60,220 nucleotides of DNA, filler included, from Sphacelaria rigidula (GCA_964200075.2; 10 parts of 10 records of this genome joined end to end with filler, not necessarily neighbours in it); one strand, 5' to 3'; counted from the whole stretch's first letter, positions 1-11,964 are shown. Notes: a model not told the origin generated them from the letters alone. Made by a program: numbers and translations.

Positions 1-459
1 CCCCTTTCGAGACGGAGCACCGTTCCTACTCCTAATAGAGACACTTCCAACATTCTGGCGCTCATTACATTCTGGGCGGCGGGATACTTGAAATCCTAGT
101 CATCGATTGCCAGAAGGACCCATATTCTCGAAACTGCTATGTTATCAAGAGTATGTCCCTGGACACGAAACGGGGGAACATGTTGTTCTCGAGAGATTGG
201 TACGTGTCGACCACGAGTCAGAAACATCCAACAGACGGGAGAATGAAAAAACAGTGAGGCGGCTGAGTTTTGGATTCGTCTGGAGGATGCCGCACCACAC
301 GAGGGGGGGGCGGGAGGGAAATATCCGCCCACCAAACTATGTACGTTGAATCGCACCCGGAGTTGATGCAGCTGCTTGGACAGAGGCCTTGGTACTGTCC
401 TTGTGGAGTTTTCGGTTCATGTGTGAAGTATTTTCGAAAGGCCGATGGGGAGAAGGGCG

Positions 460-582
460 GGGGGTACTCATGATGTTGCATACCGTAGTCATATGACCGT
501 TGACCTCGCATCTCTACAAAGCCGGGACAGAGCACGCCGGGTTTTTCCTGGACCACGCGAGGGGGCGGCTGGGGAGGGGGGG
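460..582 (-). repeat. Dispersed repeat family D (unclassified)
   Basis: Reverse complement matches the core GTGC(T/G)CCGTCCCGGC(T/A)TTGTAGGGATGCGAGGTCAATGGT..GATGACTATGGC..GAGTAC at 6033-6105 and 48257-48365; shorter variants at 1-20 and 48112-48156. Confidence 0.8.
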
Positions 583-752
583 ATTGTGCCGAAACTCAGA
601 GATGTCCCATCCCTCGGGCGAGGTGCTTCTCCGACCGATTTTTGTTCACGTCAAGAATGCTGTTTCAGGAAAAATCATTTTCGTCGGAAACGGGGTTCAT
701 CATAAACGCCACCCACGGAGAAACGCTGCAGCTAGCTGTACCGGCACTAAAT

Positions 753-1009
753 TATTTGCCAGGACCTACTGTCCATGAAGCCTAAACCCTATCTTGATTG
801 AGCGGAACACGCGTGGGCAGCCTGAATCCTATGATAATCTGCGCTCCCGCGGGCGATATAACACTCTGAGTGTTCGACAGGAAGCCTCTAATCTAGACCA
901 ATAAGTACCCGCTGGAGCGTAATATGGTGCTGGGTTCAGACTGCCCACACGTGTTCCGTTCAATCAGGATGAAGTCGAAGCCCTACAGGGCAGTAAGTCC
1001 TGGCAAGTA
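753..1009. mobile_element. Foldback MITE, ~100-bp imperfect inverted arms, TA at both ends
   Basis: TATTTGCCAGGACCTACTG...GCGCTCCCGCGGG (753-853) pairs with CCCGCTGGAGCG...CAGTAAGTCCTGGCAAGTA (908-1009). Confidence 0.75.
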
Positions 1010-1067
1010 TAAGGTTAATTGAAGTGACATAACTTCACAACCACGGTGATCCCATTAATATACAGTG

Positions 1068-1409
1068 TGTGTGTTGTTATCCCATTCATTATGGACGTCG
1101 GTCTACACCTTTCGGTATGCATGTGGGCGCACCAGCCGGGGTCACACAGGAGAAAGGCCAACACAGGACTTCTTTTTTCCCCCTGCTTCTCCGCCTTCCT
1201 TCTGCGGTGCTTGCCTTTATTTCTTTACCGCGAGAGGGGTTCAGCAGTCCATTTCGCTCGTTGACCGTCAAGTCGATTTTTTTTTACCCAAGACATAGTC
1301 GATTTCCACTGTTGGGCTTTGTGTGAGAAAAAATCCCAGATCACTACGGTTTCGAACCCACGACCCAACCGTCACAAGGTTTCCAGGTTACCAACTGAGC
1401 CATCGGGGC
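1068..1409 (-). mobile_element. tRNA-derived SINE family A, full length
   Basis: Minus-strand Pol III A box TGGCTCAGTTGG (1391-1402), B box GGTTCGAAACC (1348-1358), (CA)n tail, ACAGTG target duplication (1062-1067 and 1410-1415); four more copies in the window. Confidence 0.9.
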
Positions 1410-1857
1410 ACAGTGGTTGGGTTATATGACGAACTCTGACCGACAGGAACACCTTCTTGTATGCCACAAGTGCTCGACTCTTGGTATCAAAGGCGATGTG
1501 CGCTCTTTCCGGGCTATCCGTCTACAGCTCATGCACACAGGCAGCACCTCTCACGGTTTTCATTGCCCTTCCTTGAGTTTTGGGGTGCTCAAATGGCAGA
1601 AATGATCAATGGTGTCACGGTGTGTGACTCGACCACTGCAATGAGTCGTTACATCCCCCGGATGCTACTTCCATGGACAGCGATTTTCCGGCGCACAATT
1701 CAGTTTCACGGGGTCAGCTGTATATTCTCGTGCTGGTTGCAGCAGAGATCGTCCAAGCCACATTGGTAGCAGAGTCGCCACAGAACAAATAGATTAAAAT
1801 TCAAAATTCAAAGATGAGAGGCTGTAGAGGCGGGCAGAAAAAAGTGCACGAAAATGA

Positions 1858-2062
1858 CAAGGGCAGGTCGAGTAGCGTATACTCAATTGCGGGGTATTTT
1901 GAAACATGTTCTTCAGGTACTTAAATTAGGGTAGAGTGTTACGAGTCGTACCCAAAAAATAACTGGAAAGAGATCCTTAAAACCCTACACCCGATGTGTG
2001 TAGTTCAAGTACGACTTTCAAAATACCCCGCAACTGAGTATACTCTACTCGAAGTGCCCTTG
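1858..2062. mobile_element. hAT-like MITE
   Basis: ~47-bp TIRs CAAGGGCAGGTCGAGTAGCGTATACTCAATTGCGGGGTATTTTGAAA and TTTCAAAATACCCCGCAACTGAGTATACTCTACTCGAAGTGCCCTTG; 8-bp flanks GAAAATGA / AAAAATGA (7/8 match). Confidence 0.85.
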
Positions 2063-2491
2063 AAAAATGACTACCGTACTCCGTGCGTACACGCACAGGT
2101 AGGAAAACAGGCGGGGTGCCTCGACAAACGTTGTATAGCGAAAGTGGGCGAGGTAGTAGAAGAGGAGCAGCGCTCTTTTTTGCACTTTTTATCTGGCTGT
2201 GCTGCAGCAGCAGAATCACCTGCAGCTGCTTGGTGGCCTAGGCTGCCGTGTAGGAGCCAACACACACAGAGGTCGCCCAGACCGCGTCAACGACGCAAGG
2301 CGGCTGAGGTGAAGCCGACGCCCACCACAAGTGTGGGCAAAGCGTGATCATACTGTTCACGTACCACGACACACGGATTGTACAATCCCTACCGAAACGC
2401 CCGGGGAGTTCGTTTGACTATTTTTTACGTGAAGTCGGCACTACATGGCAACACATGAAAATGCTTCATGGGAACGGTTTTTTCACGGCTG

Positions 2492-2816
2492 TTTTTTTTT
2501 TCATTAGTCGCACTTCGAACCTCTCCCTTTCCTCGGGAAGAGTCCGTGGTCTCAATGGATCAACCCTCTCTCTCTCGGTTACACGCCTTGCATTTTGGTC
2601 TCGTGGATTGGGTCATGACTGTCAGCACTCCCGCACCACATCAAATCTCGTCAAATAAACTCAATCAACTACTTTTTCTTCACTCACATACTACAATAAC
2701 GCTTTCGACGGTGGAAATCAGATACTTCGAAGAATAAACCAACGCATCGGGATTCGAACCCTCATTCTCTCCACCCGAGTGGCGACAGTCGGATCATTGC
2801 ACCACCGGGGCGCGGC
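2492..2816 (-). mobile_element. tRNA-derived SINE family B
   Basis: Minus-strand head GCCGCGCCCCGGTGGTGCAATGA...GGTTCGAATCCC; body and 3' end homologous to 45554-45856 and 52583-52977. Confidence 0.85.
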
Positions 2817-2994
2817 CACCACGGGATGAAAATTCAGGTATCTACGGTGTCGGTCTCGTACAGCCGCTGCTATTTCGTTCACCAAGTGAATCACGGCAAG
2901 TATCACGCGGACGGGTGTCCGGTAGCTTGGTATAACATCCACGAAACTTTCTTCCGAGTCACAAGAAGCGGTTCTGTACACTATTTTTCATCGA

Positions 2995-5060
2995 AAAAAG
3001 TGCACAAAAGACCGACGAGGAACTCGGCCGTGTTAGAGCACATGCGGTGGAGAGATTCTTCGAGACCCACGTTAGTGGACTGGAAGCGCACATCGCGGAA
3101 GGTGATCAACACGATTTCTACAGGCGCCTGAAGGAAATCGATGTCGAGGGAAGAAAATCATGTAGCTCACAACAGCAATATATCCGCCACAACAAGGGTC
3201 AACCGCTCAAAGCCGTGAAGCTCATCCGCGCGCGGTAGATACAGTTGTTTCACACCCTACTCAACACCAAGTTGCCCCCCCTCAATCAAGCAACCATCGA
3301 CCAACTTCAGGCGCGACTTCCGAGCAAGTCGCTGGACGTGGTGCCTACGATACACGATGCAGCGGATGCCATACGACCTATGTCCAACGGGAAAGCCGTT
3401 GGCCCAGATGAACTGCCGGCTGACCTGTTGAAGATACTCTTCGACGGCGACGGCACTAGCGGACTACAGAGATTCCACGCTATCATCGTTGACATCTGGG
3501 GCGGAGCAGCGGTACCACAAGAATGGAAGCATGCCACCATCATGGTTCTCCACAAAAAGAACGATCGGACGGAAGGTGGGAACTATAGAGGAGTTTCACT
3601 CGTGTCACACGCCGGCAAAGTGCTCCAGATAATCGCCCGCCGCCTAAGCACCTTCTGCGAGGGCAATGGAATTCTACCTAGAGAGCAGTGCGGCTTCCGT
3701 CCCGGACGCTCAACCGTCGACATGATATTCACAGTCCGACGACTCCAGGGAATTGGGCGGAGACTACAGATCCCGCTCTACATGTATTTCGTCGATCCCA
3801 CAAAAGCATATATTATGTCGACCGCTCAATGCTGTGGAAAGTTCTGGAACGCTATAGCGTCACATCCATCATGCTCTCGACCATTTACCGATCCCACGAT
3901 AGTATACAAGCTCGGGTGCGCACGGACGACGGGGGATACTCGGAATGGTTTGACATCGGACCGGGCCTCCGACAAGGATGCGTCCGGGCACAACTGCTGT
4001 TCAACATTTTCTTCACGGCGGTGCTCACGGTGGCCCTGGCAAACTTCCACGATGATCCTGACATCTCGGTAGACCTGATGCGAGTTCGAAAGCGCGAAAA
4101 GGGAGATTTCCAACAGGAATGTGCGGTGGAGTGGAACGAGCCAGACGTGACCACGCCAGTCGCGGCGAAAGAGGTACGGTCCTCATGGAGTATGCTGTAC
4201 GCCGATGACGTCTGCATCGTCTCGCGGACATCATCGAGCCTCGAGAAGATGTGACGGTGATTGTGACCGTCTGCGGAGAGTTCGGCTGAGACGAAGACCA
4301 TGGGACTGCACTCACAGGCGGGGCACCTCGACATCAATGCGGCTGGCCAGGTGTACAAATAAACAAACAACTTCGTATACCTGGGGCGGTCGATCACGGA
4401 GAGCGGCGATCTCTCCGAGTAAATAAAAAAAGCGCGTACAACGGGCACGGGCGAACTGCCACCAGTACAAAGTCCAGCTCTGCAATCGACCGAGCGCGGC
4501 CGTCCACTTCAAGGTCCACATAATCAAAGCCGAGGCTGTCGAGGCGCTTCTGTACGGGTGCGTCACATGGATCCCTCACAACGCCCATTACAATCTACTG
4601 CGCACGGCCCACCACGCGTTGCTCAGGCGCTGCCTTGGATGGCACATGCGCAATCGCAAAAACCACGGTCTGTCATACCGAGAGACCCTCGCGAGGACAG
4701 GATGCGACAGCATCGAGACGACGGTGAGGAAGAGGAGCCTCCACTTCGCCGGTTTCGTCACGCGCGTATCACCCAGATGGATATCGCAACACGTCATGTT
4801 CGGTCAAATAATAGCCGTAAAGGGGCAAGAGCGGGGGTCTAACGGCAGACATGAGGACTGGATCTGCTGCCCAGCGGAAGACCTGAAGGCGTTCGGTATC
4901 GAAGGGCAGGGATGGACTACTAGAGCCTTGAATGTAGTAGAGTGGCACAGCTGTGTTGAACACGGAGCAGAAACGTTTATGGTGGACTGGTGACAAAAGG
5001 ATGACGCAGAGACACGACACAGCACGCGAAAGCTGCAGGCCAATATGCACCAATAGCACC
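2995..5060 (+). mobile_element. Degenerate RTE-like LINE, reverse transcriptase region, 5'-truncated
   Basis: Motifs GKAVGPDELP, NYRGVSL, EQCGFRPGRST.D, GLRQGC, YADD (4198-4209) and FVYLG spread over frameshifted ORFs 3047-3238, 3245-4072, 3688-4254 and 4619-4993. Confidence 0.95.
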
Positions 5061-5932
5061 TGGGACCGACAGTATCAACACCAACTAGTCATATCCTACG
5101 CCAGATACGTGAAACTTTGTGTTTGGTTCCCGTCTCTGATTTGCCCACCTCTTGTTCCTGTTGGTCTCCTGCCTGTTTTTTGTTTTTTTGTTCCTCCCCC
5201 CCCCCCCCCCCCCCCCCCCCCCTCCCTCTTCCCTCTTTCGTCTACGCAGGTCGTGCGGTCGGCAGGGGGGGGTGGGGNNNNNNNNNNTTTGGTCCCCGTC
5301 CCTGTCTTCCCCCCCTTTGTTTCCTTTTGGCCTCTGCCCTTTTTTTTTTTTTTTTGTTCCTCCCCCCCCCCCCCTCCCAATTTGTCTTGGAGGAACTGCG
5401 TAAAATGCGGTTGACTCGGGCGTTGAGAAGTGAATTAGCGTCGGAGAATGGTATCTCTTTGTGATCTGGCGCATGTGATTTCGCCTTGGTTTTCGTTGGT
5501 TGTCATGCTCGTTCGTTTGTCATGGACTCACTTTGAGGGTGCTACAGCCAAATGATACCAAGCCGCAGGTTTCAGTATAATCGCATGCATGATAGAAGCA
5601 GTGGCAGGGGACAGGGAATCCTGGATTGATGACTCTCATCTATGTGGCCCCTTGCTGTCTGGCTCGTGATGTGGTCTATTGAGGATCACTCCGTGATAAT
5701 AACAAGTGATAAGAAAGGACTTGTCGAGCACGAGGCCAGTGCTACTGGAGGAGTCCCTCGTTGACAATCCTCTTGTCCAGATCGTCTGGCAGAGGCTACA
5801 GTACTTTCTCCTAACTGAGAAAGATACCTCGCTCGGTTCAGCGAACCAACCCTACACTTGAAAATATGGTGATACACCCACGAGGCAGTGTATAACCCGT
5901 GGCTGTCTCTGGAAGTGGCGATAGCAGAAAAT

Positions 5933-6032
5933 NNNNNNNNNNNNNNNNNNNNNNNNNNNNNNNNNNNNNNNNNNNNTTAATTAATTAANNNNNNNNNNNN
6001 NNNNNNNNNNNNNNNNNNNNNNNNNNNNNNNN
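5933..6032. other. Artificial linker 1 (44N-TTAATTAATTAA-44N)
   Basis: Identical 100-bp spacer recurring every 6032 bp; the core has stops in all six frames. Confidence 0.99.
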
Positions 6033-6105
6033 TCCGTCCCGGCTTTGTAGGGATGCGAGGTCAATGGTCTGATGACTATGGCAAGCATGATCATGAGTAC
6101 ACCCC
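6033..6105 (+). repeat. Dispersed repeat family D, truncated at segment start
   Basis: Homologous to 48290-48360 and to the reverse complement of 460-530. Confidence 0.8.
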
Positions 6106-6115
6106 TCACACAACG

Positions 6116-6592
6116 TGTCAGGATAAAGTCTCACGCGCAGTTGTATCTTCTTTATTATCTGGTCTCCACCTTCCAGTATCCAATCAATCAATCCAATCTC
6201 ACGCTCAGTCAGTCAGTCTCACCGATGGTTAGACTTCTTTGCTGGAAGAGGGGTGAAGATGGTAGTGGGAGAGAGTGCAGCTTCGTTTGTGCCAGGACAG
6301 ACGGAGCCTCCACCATCTCTACCATATACGAGTTCACACTCGTAACTGACCACCTCCGAACAGTCCTGTAGTCTTGGAATACCGGAATACCATAAATGCA
6401 GATAGCCAGACTCGACAACGGGTCTGAAGCGGCATGACAACAGGCCAAAATACGTCTTCATGACACTAACCCACCCAGACAAACCTTTAATACAGCTGAG
6501 AGGATTTATCCTCAAAGAAGCGAAAACTAAGGTTTTTCTTTACTCATAAAGTCATGAGCGGCTAATAAAGCATACGTAAGGAAACACTGCCG
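6116..6592 (-). repeat. Putative 3' LTR of the Gypsy element
   Basis: Ends TGTCAG...CTGCCG (imperfect TG..CA); on the minus strand it is directly preceded by the purine-rich GTGTGGGAGTGGGTA (6593-6607, PPT-like). No second LTR is available to confirm. Confidence 0.4.
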
Positions 6593-7009
6593 TACCCACT
6601 CCCACACCTCAAATGAAGGGGAGCATAGACTGGTTCGAGGAGCAGAAAAATTGCTCCGAAACGCGGAAGCATCAACTGCTTCTGCGTGCAGGCAATCAAC
6701 GAGGGAGCACAAATTGCTTCGGCATCCTAGGACTAATGCCGAGATAGCCCCCCCACAAAACGTGCATAGGAGAACGTCCGACAAACCGGCTGCGATCCCA
6801 CTTTTGGGCTCGTTTGCAGCAATTCCGCCCACATGAAAGGCTTGTAGCAGTCCGAAATCAGCTTTAACGCCCAAATAAGTCGCATCGTGGAAAACGAAAC
6901 CAGCTCTAACGGCATTTATGATCATCGCCTCCGTGCACATTTTTGGCCGGTTCGGGGGGGGGCTCTCTCGGCAGCAGTCCTAGCAAGAATTAAGGGGGGG
7001 GAACAGGGA

Positions 7010-7140
7010 GGTACAACAGGGAGCAAAGCTCTAACCTGGGGGAAGCCAAAGGTACAACAGGGAGCAGAGCTTCAACCTGGGGAATCCAAAGGTACAACAA
7101 GGAGCTGTGAGCTTCAACCTGGGGGAATCCAAAGGTGCAA
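7010..7140. repeat. Tandem repeat, 3 x 40-43 bp, in the Gypsy 3' non-coding region
   Basis: Units start at 7010, 7051 and 7091: GGTACAACAGGGAGCA(A/G)AGCT..AACCTGGGG(G)AA(G/T)CCAAA. Confidence 0.9.
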
Positions 7141-7806
7141 AACAAAACGCAAGATCAGAAATCTGAAAATCGGTGATCCAACGAGATCGAGCGCCAGCTG
7201 TAGAGGGATACTACAGCTTCAGCAGTCGTAGATGTTAGTCGTGTTCAGTAATTCTTCGATCGTCGTCCGATGTAGGTCGCCCCGTTATGATGTCGTAGAA
7301 GAGGGTCCTGGTGGAGAAGGGAGGGCAAACAGTGCTACAGAAAAATGGGAGGGGAGCAACAGTTGCGAGGAAGGAGCGTGGTTCAAAGCGGGGCGTGGAC
7401 GTCGTGGGTAACACTATATTCGTGACATTCAAGGGTAGTTTCAGATTTAGAGTGAGACTCGAAACAATCGACTTTCCCGTCGATTTTGACATCGCCACAG
7501 TTCGAGGAGTAATGCGCCCAGCTGGTGAAGCGGTGGCTTCAATGAAAGCTGTCACCTACCCGATCAAAATGACACATCACTTGATCGCAACGACGTGGTC
7601 AGTCCATTGCAACAAAAGATCCCCTTTTTCAGGAAAAACCGATTAGTGCCTGAAACAGTTTCAGTTCCGAAATGCCCCCCAGGAGTAAAAATGCTTGGTG
7701 CGGTATCTCACCAACCAGACCGCCGAATTCCTCGAATGAGGCACTGTACGGTCGCTGCACGCACAGCACGCGTGCTCAAGCAAAACAAAGTTGCCTGTTA
7801 GGAACG

Positions 7807-10800
7807 CTAGAGCATCCACTCTGAATCTGAAACTACCCTCTGAATCTCACGAATATAGTGTTGGGTGTGGTCGATGTTGCGCTGGAGACTGCGGCGAAGT
7901 CCTTTAGACTTGAGGCGCTGGAGGCACCAGGATCCGCGTGGTGCAGACGGGCTGGTGGTGTATAGTGCTGGCCGGAGCTTGAGCTGTATGGGTCCAGGGT
8001 TATCAATGAAGCGCACGATGTATGTGTCGGTCGAAACCAGGTTAGCGGAGTGGGTCTGACTCAACCACCAGAGGTTATCGCTACCTTTGAACCAAAGGTA
8101 GGTGCCCTTGGGCAGTATTTGCTGGTTTGCGAAGATTTTCGTCTTGCAAGTCTTGGTGGGTACAAGTTCGTAGCCATCGGCGACGAAACGTAGTCCCTGA
8201 TCACGGTGAAGTTCGCGGGCTGCTGCGCCACGATGAATGTTGCGATATTTCTTGTTGTGAGTAAGATGCTGATGTTGGGGTTGCGTCCAGTACAGGAGGA
8301 TTGCACGGGGGTGCAATTGAAGGTCGGGTTCGCGTTCCCAAGACGCTCCCCGGAGACCCTGCCAGTGTGTCTTATACATGACAGCGATTTTGCCACCTCG
8401 ACCACGGGTTATCTGGTGGCCAGAGATGGCGGACACGGTCAATCGAAGGGGCTGTTCCGTCACGTCGTCGGTTGTAACGTGGTAGGGCGGGGACTTGTTC
8501 GAGTAGTTGTTGAGAGAACATACTGTGTGAGTCCGGCAGGCAGGTACTTGGGCATGTCACTTGTATCATGCGGGTTCGTGCAGGGTTTGCATCTGTGCAC
8601 GGAGACGCGGGGTTCGGTGTCCTTGCCCTGGAAGTCGCGAGGCCAGTCGAGATAGAGCAGTATGTCACCAACGGGTTTATCATCCGGTGATGATGGCGAT
8701 GGTCCGATCGTCAGGATCTTGAATGATCCTGTCCAATTGAGGGACAATTTCGTCCCCAAAATTGTTTCTTCGGCTGCCTTGCTGGTGCCTTGGCGGATGG
8801 TCGACAAACTGTCGTAGATCCAACCCCAATCACCAACTTTCCAGTTGGGGTATTTGTGCATTAGGTTGTAGAAAGCAGGGTTAGATCTCTCTAGGCGCGA
8901 GGCGTTGATAGCGTGTTGTTCGCGCACGAGGGTAAACACTTTGCGTTGTCGTGCATGCGCCAGCTCGTGGTGGGATATCTGATCCTGATCCAATCCTTGG
9001 TGGCCGTCGAACGTGTGACACTCAAACACGGTGATGGGCAGCCGAGGGTAACGTTCAAGATGGAGTTAGTACGGAGTAAGGCCTGTGGCGGCGTTAACCG
9101 AGTTGTTGTAGGACAACATGATGTGCGAGAGATGTAGGTCCCAGTCATTTTGGCGGTCATTGACAACCATAGAGAGCATCTCGGCTATGGTTGGTTAACT
9201 CTTTCGGTACCACCGTTACCGTTCGGGTGGTAGGCGCTCGTGGCAATGTTGCGGATGCCGAGGAGCTTGTAAAGCTCACCAGAGAGATCTGAGCAAAATT
9301 GCCGACCAGTGTCTGAAAGGAGTCGCTTTGGACAACCGTAGGCTTGATGTAGCCGTAGACCAATATCTCGGCCGTTCCGGCGGTAGTGAAATTTGCGGCG
9401 GTTGCCGCGTACATGGACGCGTGGCGGCTGAAGCGGTCAGTGAAGAGTAAGATGGAGGTGTTGCCGTGACCTGCGGTCGGTAGAGGGCTGAAGTAGTCAA
9501 AGGAGACAAGGTGGCCGGGCTCGTTGGGGAGTCCCATAGAGATGACGGGCCAGCGTACTGTCTGTCGTGAAGTCTTTCGGGCTTGGGATTTGAAGCATCG
9601 CCGAACTCAGAAGCGGGTGGAAATTTCCTTGCCAACCCACCAGTAGAAGCGTTCCAAGAGCGCTAGGGTGCGGGTGACGCCGAGGTGACATGACAAGTCT
9701 GTGTGGCAGCCTTTCATGACCCAGGGGCGCATTAATCATGCGACAGATATGCGCGTTGGTTCGTCATCGAGTAGTCGTGCGTGGCGTCCCGTGGTTGAGG
9801 CGGAAATTGCGCCTGTCAAAGGCGTGGGCCAACGCACGAGTAGTTGCACACCTTCATCTGTAGTAAAAAGGGTGCCTTTACGCACGAGCTCGTATACGTC
9901 AGAAATAAATGGCGGGGTTACATCCGTATACGTAATAAATAACTGGTGGTGGCCGTGTGCCAAGCGGGGCCAGAAGTGTGGATGGAAAAGGGACTGGGCA
10001 GTCGAGTTGCAAGTACAGGATGGCTGCGCGACACAGCGGTTCTGCGTTTTGTTCGCGAGCCCAATCGCGGTGAGAGTAGCTGGGGAGAAACTCGCGTAGT
10101 TGACCTTCCGCTGGCGAGCCGACCAAACATGGTGGGGCAGGCGGCGGGGGAATAGGCGACGGGGCAGAAATGCCGACGTCAATTTCTGCCCCGGAAGCAG
10201 GAGCTAAGTCGTCAGCTCCGTGGTCGGGAGCGTTAGATGTTGGCGGCGCCGTTATGGGCGGCGGGGCTGTATCAGTGCGCGGCGAAGATTGTCCGCGGTG
10301 CGTGGTGCACGTTGCAGAAGGTTTCGAGGAGCGTTGCGTGCTGGTTCGTGGAATTTGTATTGCGTGGCTCTTGGAATTTGTAGGTGTCATTGGTGGCGGC
10401 GAGGCACTTGGGGTGGTGCGGGCGGCAGACCGGGAGCGCGTGTTGTCGGAGATTAGGTGGGTGACTGGAGGTGTCTCCGTGAAGAGCTTCGCGCGAGTAC
10501 CGAAAGTGCGGAAATCGACAAAATCGGAGGTAGTGGGCTTTAACCCACCCAAGACGGCGTCATATGGTAGAGGGCGAGGTCCTCCCATATGCATACCGGT
10601 TTCCGGGCACTGGAGGTCAAGGGCGTAAATAGGCGTTGAAAAACGTCTAATGGCGTCATTTCCAGGTTCATCGGGTTCCGTTAAACGGCGAGCCAGGCTG
10701 GAATCTGTGACCGTAGGCGACAGGGGTAGGCGAGGAAGAAAATCAGCGTTCCCGCTGGTTTTGCCTGGACGGTACTTAATGGTATACTGGTATGCTGTTG

Positions 10801-10845
10801 GAAACTCCAACCATCGTCGTATACGCGGGTTGTGTGTTCCTTGAT
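7807..10845 (-). mobile_element. Degenerate Ty3/Gypsy pol: RNase H C-terminus, integrase and chromodomain-like tail
   Basis: HNPRIRRWLEF..YQYTIKYRPGK..NADFL.R; GCH...CHLGVTRTL..LERFYWW; VSFDYF..LP...LLFTDRFSRH; ISGHQITRGRGG...YKTHWQG....WE; many stops and frameshifts. Confidence 0.93.
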
Positions 10846-11964
10846 GCGTGATCCGTAAACAGGGACAGCTAGACACGACTGATGAAGTCGATCAAAGGAC
10901 ATGGCTGAGCCGACCATGTTGTTGTAGAAGAGTAGTATTACATAGCTTGACTAAGCAAGTCAAGGAAGGAAAAGAAGGAAGAGAACGAAGTGAACTCGTG
11001 TGGCTACCCAACACCGTGGTAAGCGGAGTTCCCAGACATTGCGTACGTGAGTACAAGACATACGCCTACTATGGTATCAAATCCCGCCGCATGTAACTGT
11101 CACAACCCGTGAAGACGGATACCTCTGTACCGTGTCTGATCAGTGCTGTAGACTACACTGAAAAGGCGGTTCACCTCAACACCCCCCTTGCGCAGTCATT
11201 TCAGTAGTAGGTTTACGGAAAACCAATCTGGACAACGATTTATCCCGTGAGCGGGGAGGTCTCTTCACACTACTCACGTCACTGAACAGGTACTTTCGGA
11301 AAAGAATCGCACCTGCCCCCACAGACAATATATACCAGAATGATATGTGCGCCACTTCTTTCGAAAAGGTACCGTACTTCAAAATTCTATGTACCTCATT
11401 CAAATTATTGCGCTCAAATATCCCTATCACCGTTCCAAGATCCAAAACCAAGCTTTCTCGGAACTACAATAATAGTGATATCCATACTTGGAAATTTGCA
11501 AACAAACTCTCACGTTTTTTGCTTTCCCATGGAGCAAGCAACGCAGTGCACACCGAGTATCGGTTCGGACATGCATCCAACTCTGCAGCATAGTACAAAA
11601 TCAACATCCTCATGCACATCTTGCAGTACAGCGTGCGCATCACCAAGTGCGCATGCCCTGTTTTTCAAATCTTCCGAGATATCAATCTTCCAAACAGAAA
11701 AACAGAAAAATACTATTTCAGTCAAGGACTATGCGACTCTTACATCGCGATCCGGCGGGGCAATAATTCTCGACACATACTGTCAATCAACCAAAATTCT
11801 ACTTAACGAACAGCGAACCGGCAGAGCGAAATTTTGCTCAACTGTTTTCAACACGCGCAATCGAGTGATGCTGCGATAAGGTCTGCGCTTTTGCGGCCTG
11901 AGAGGAAATCTGGATTTAGGCATGTCGAATCACCTTTGACTCTCACCACAGTTCTTAGAGCCTC

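Noticed and set aside
1340..1409. tRNA-like sequence (also 2745-2816, 45554-45625, 52583-52640)
   Set aside because: A and B boxes are present but no complete cloverleaf is seen; each is fused to a repeated body and tail, so these are SINE heads rather than tRNA genes
5150..5400. Poly-Pro/poly-Gly ORFs around short N gaps (also ~34530-34640 and ~53590-53820)
   Set aside because: Homopolymer-inflated low-quality sequence flanking scaffold gaps; likely sequencing or assembly artefacts
5977..5988. TTAATTAATTAA as a biological motif or piggyBac TTAA target
   Set aside because: Sits in the middle of every N spacer; synthetic six-frame stop linker
6066..6100. CTGATGA as a hammerhead ribozyme core in family D
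   Set aside because: Not conserved in the other copies (TTGATGA, ATATGA) and no matching GAAA or stems found
7010..7140. CRISPR-like appearance of ~41-bp repeats (also the minisatellite at 39896-40118)
   Set aside because: Units are contiguous with no unique spacers, there are no cas genes, and the context is eukaryotic
11176..11879. ORFs of 90-180 aa after the Gypsy element, and most other short ORFs in the track
   Set aside because: No recognisable motifs or consistent splice phases; expected by chance in ~50% GC DNA or antisense to TE coding regions
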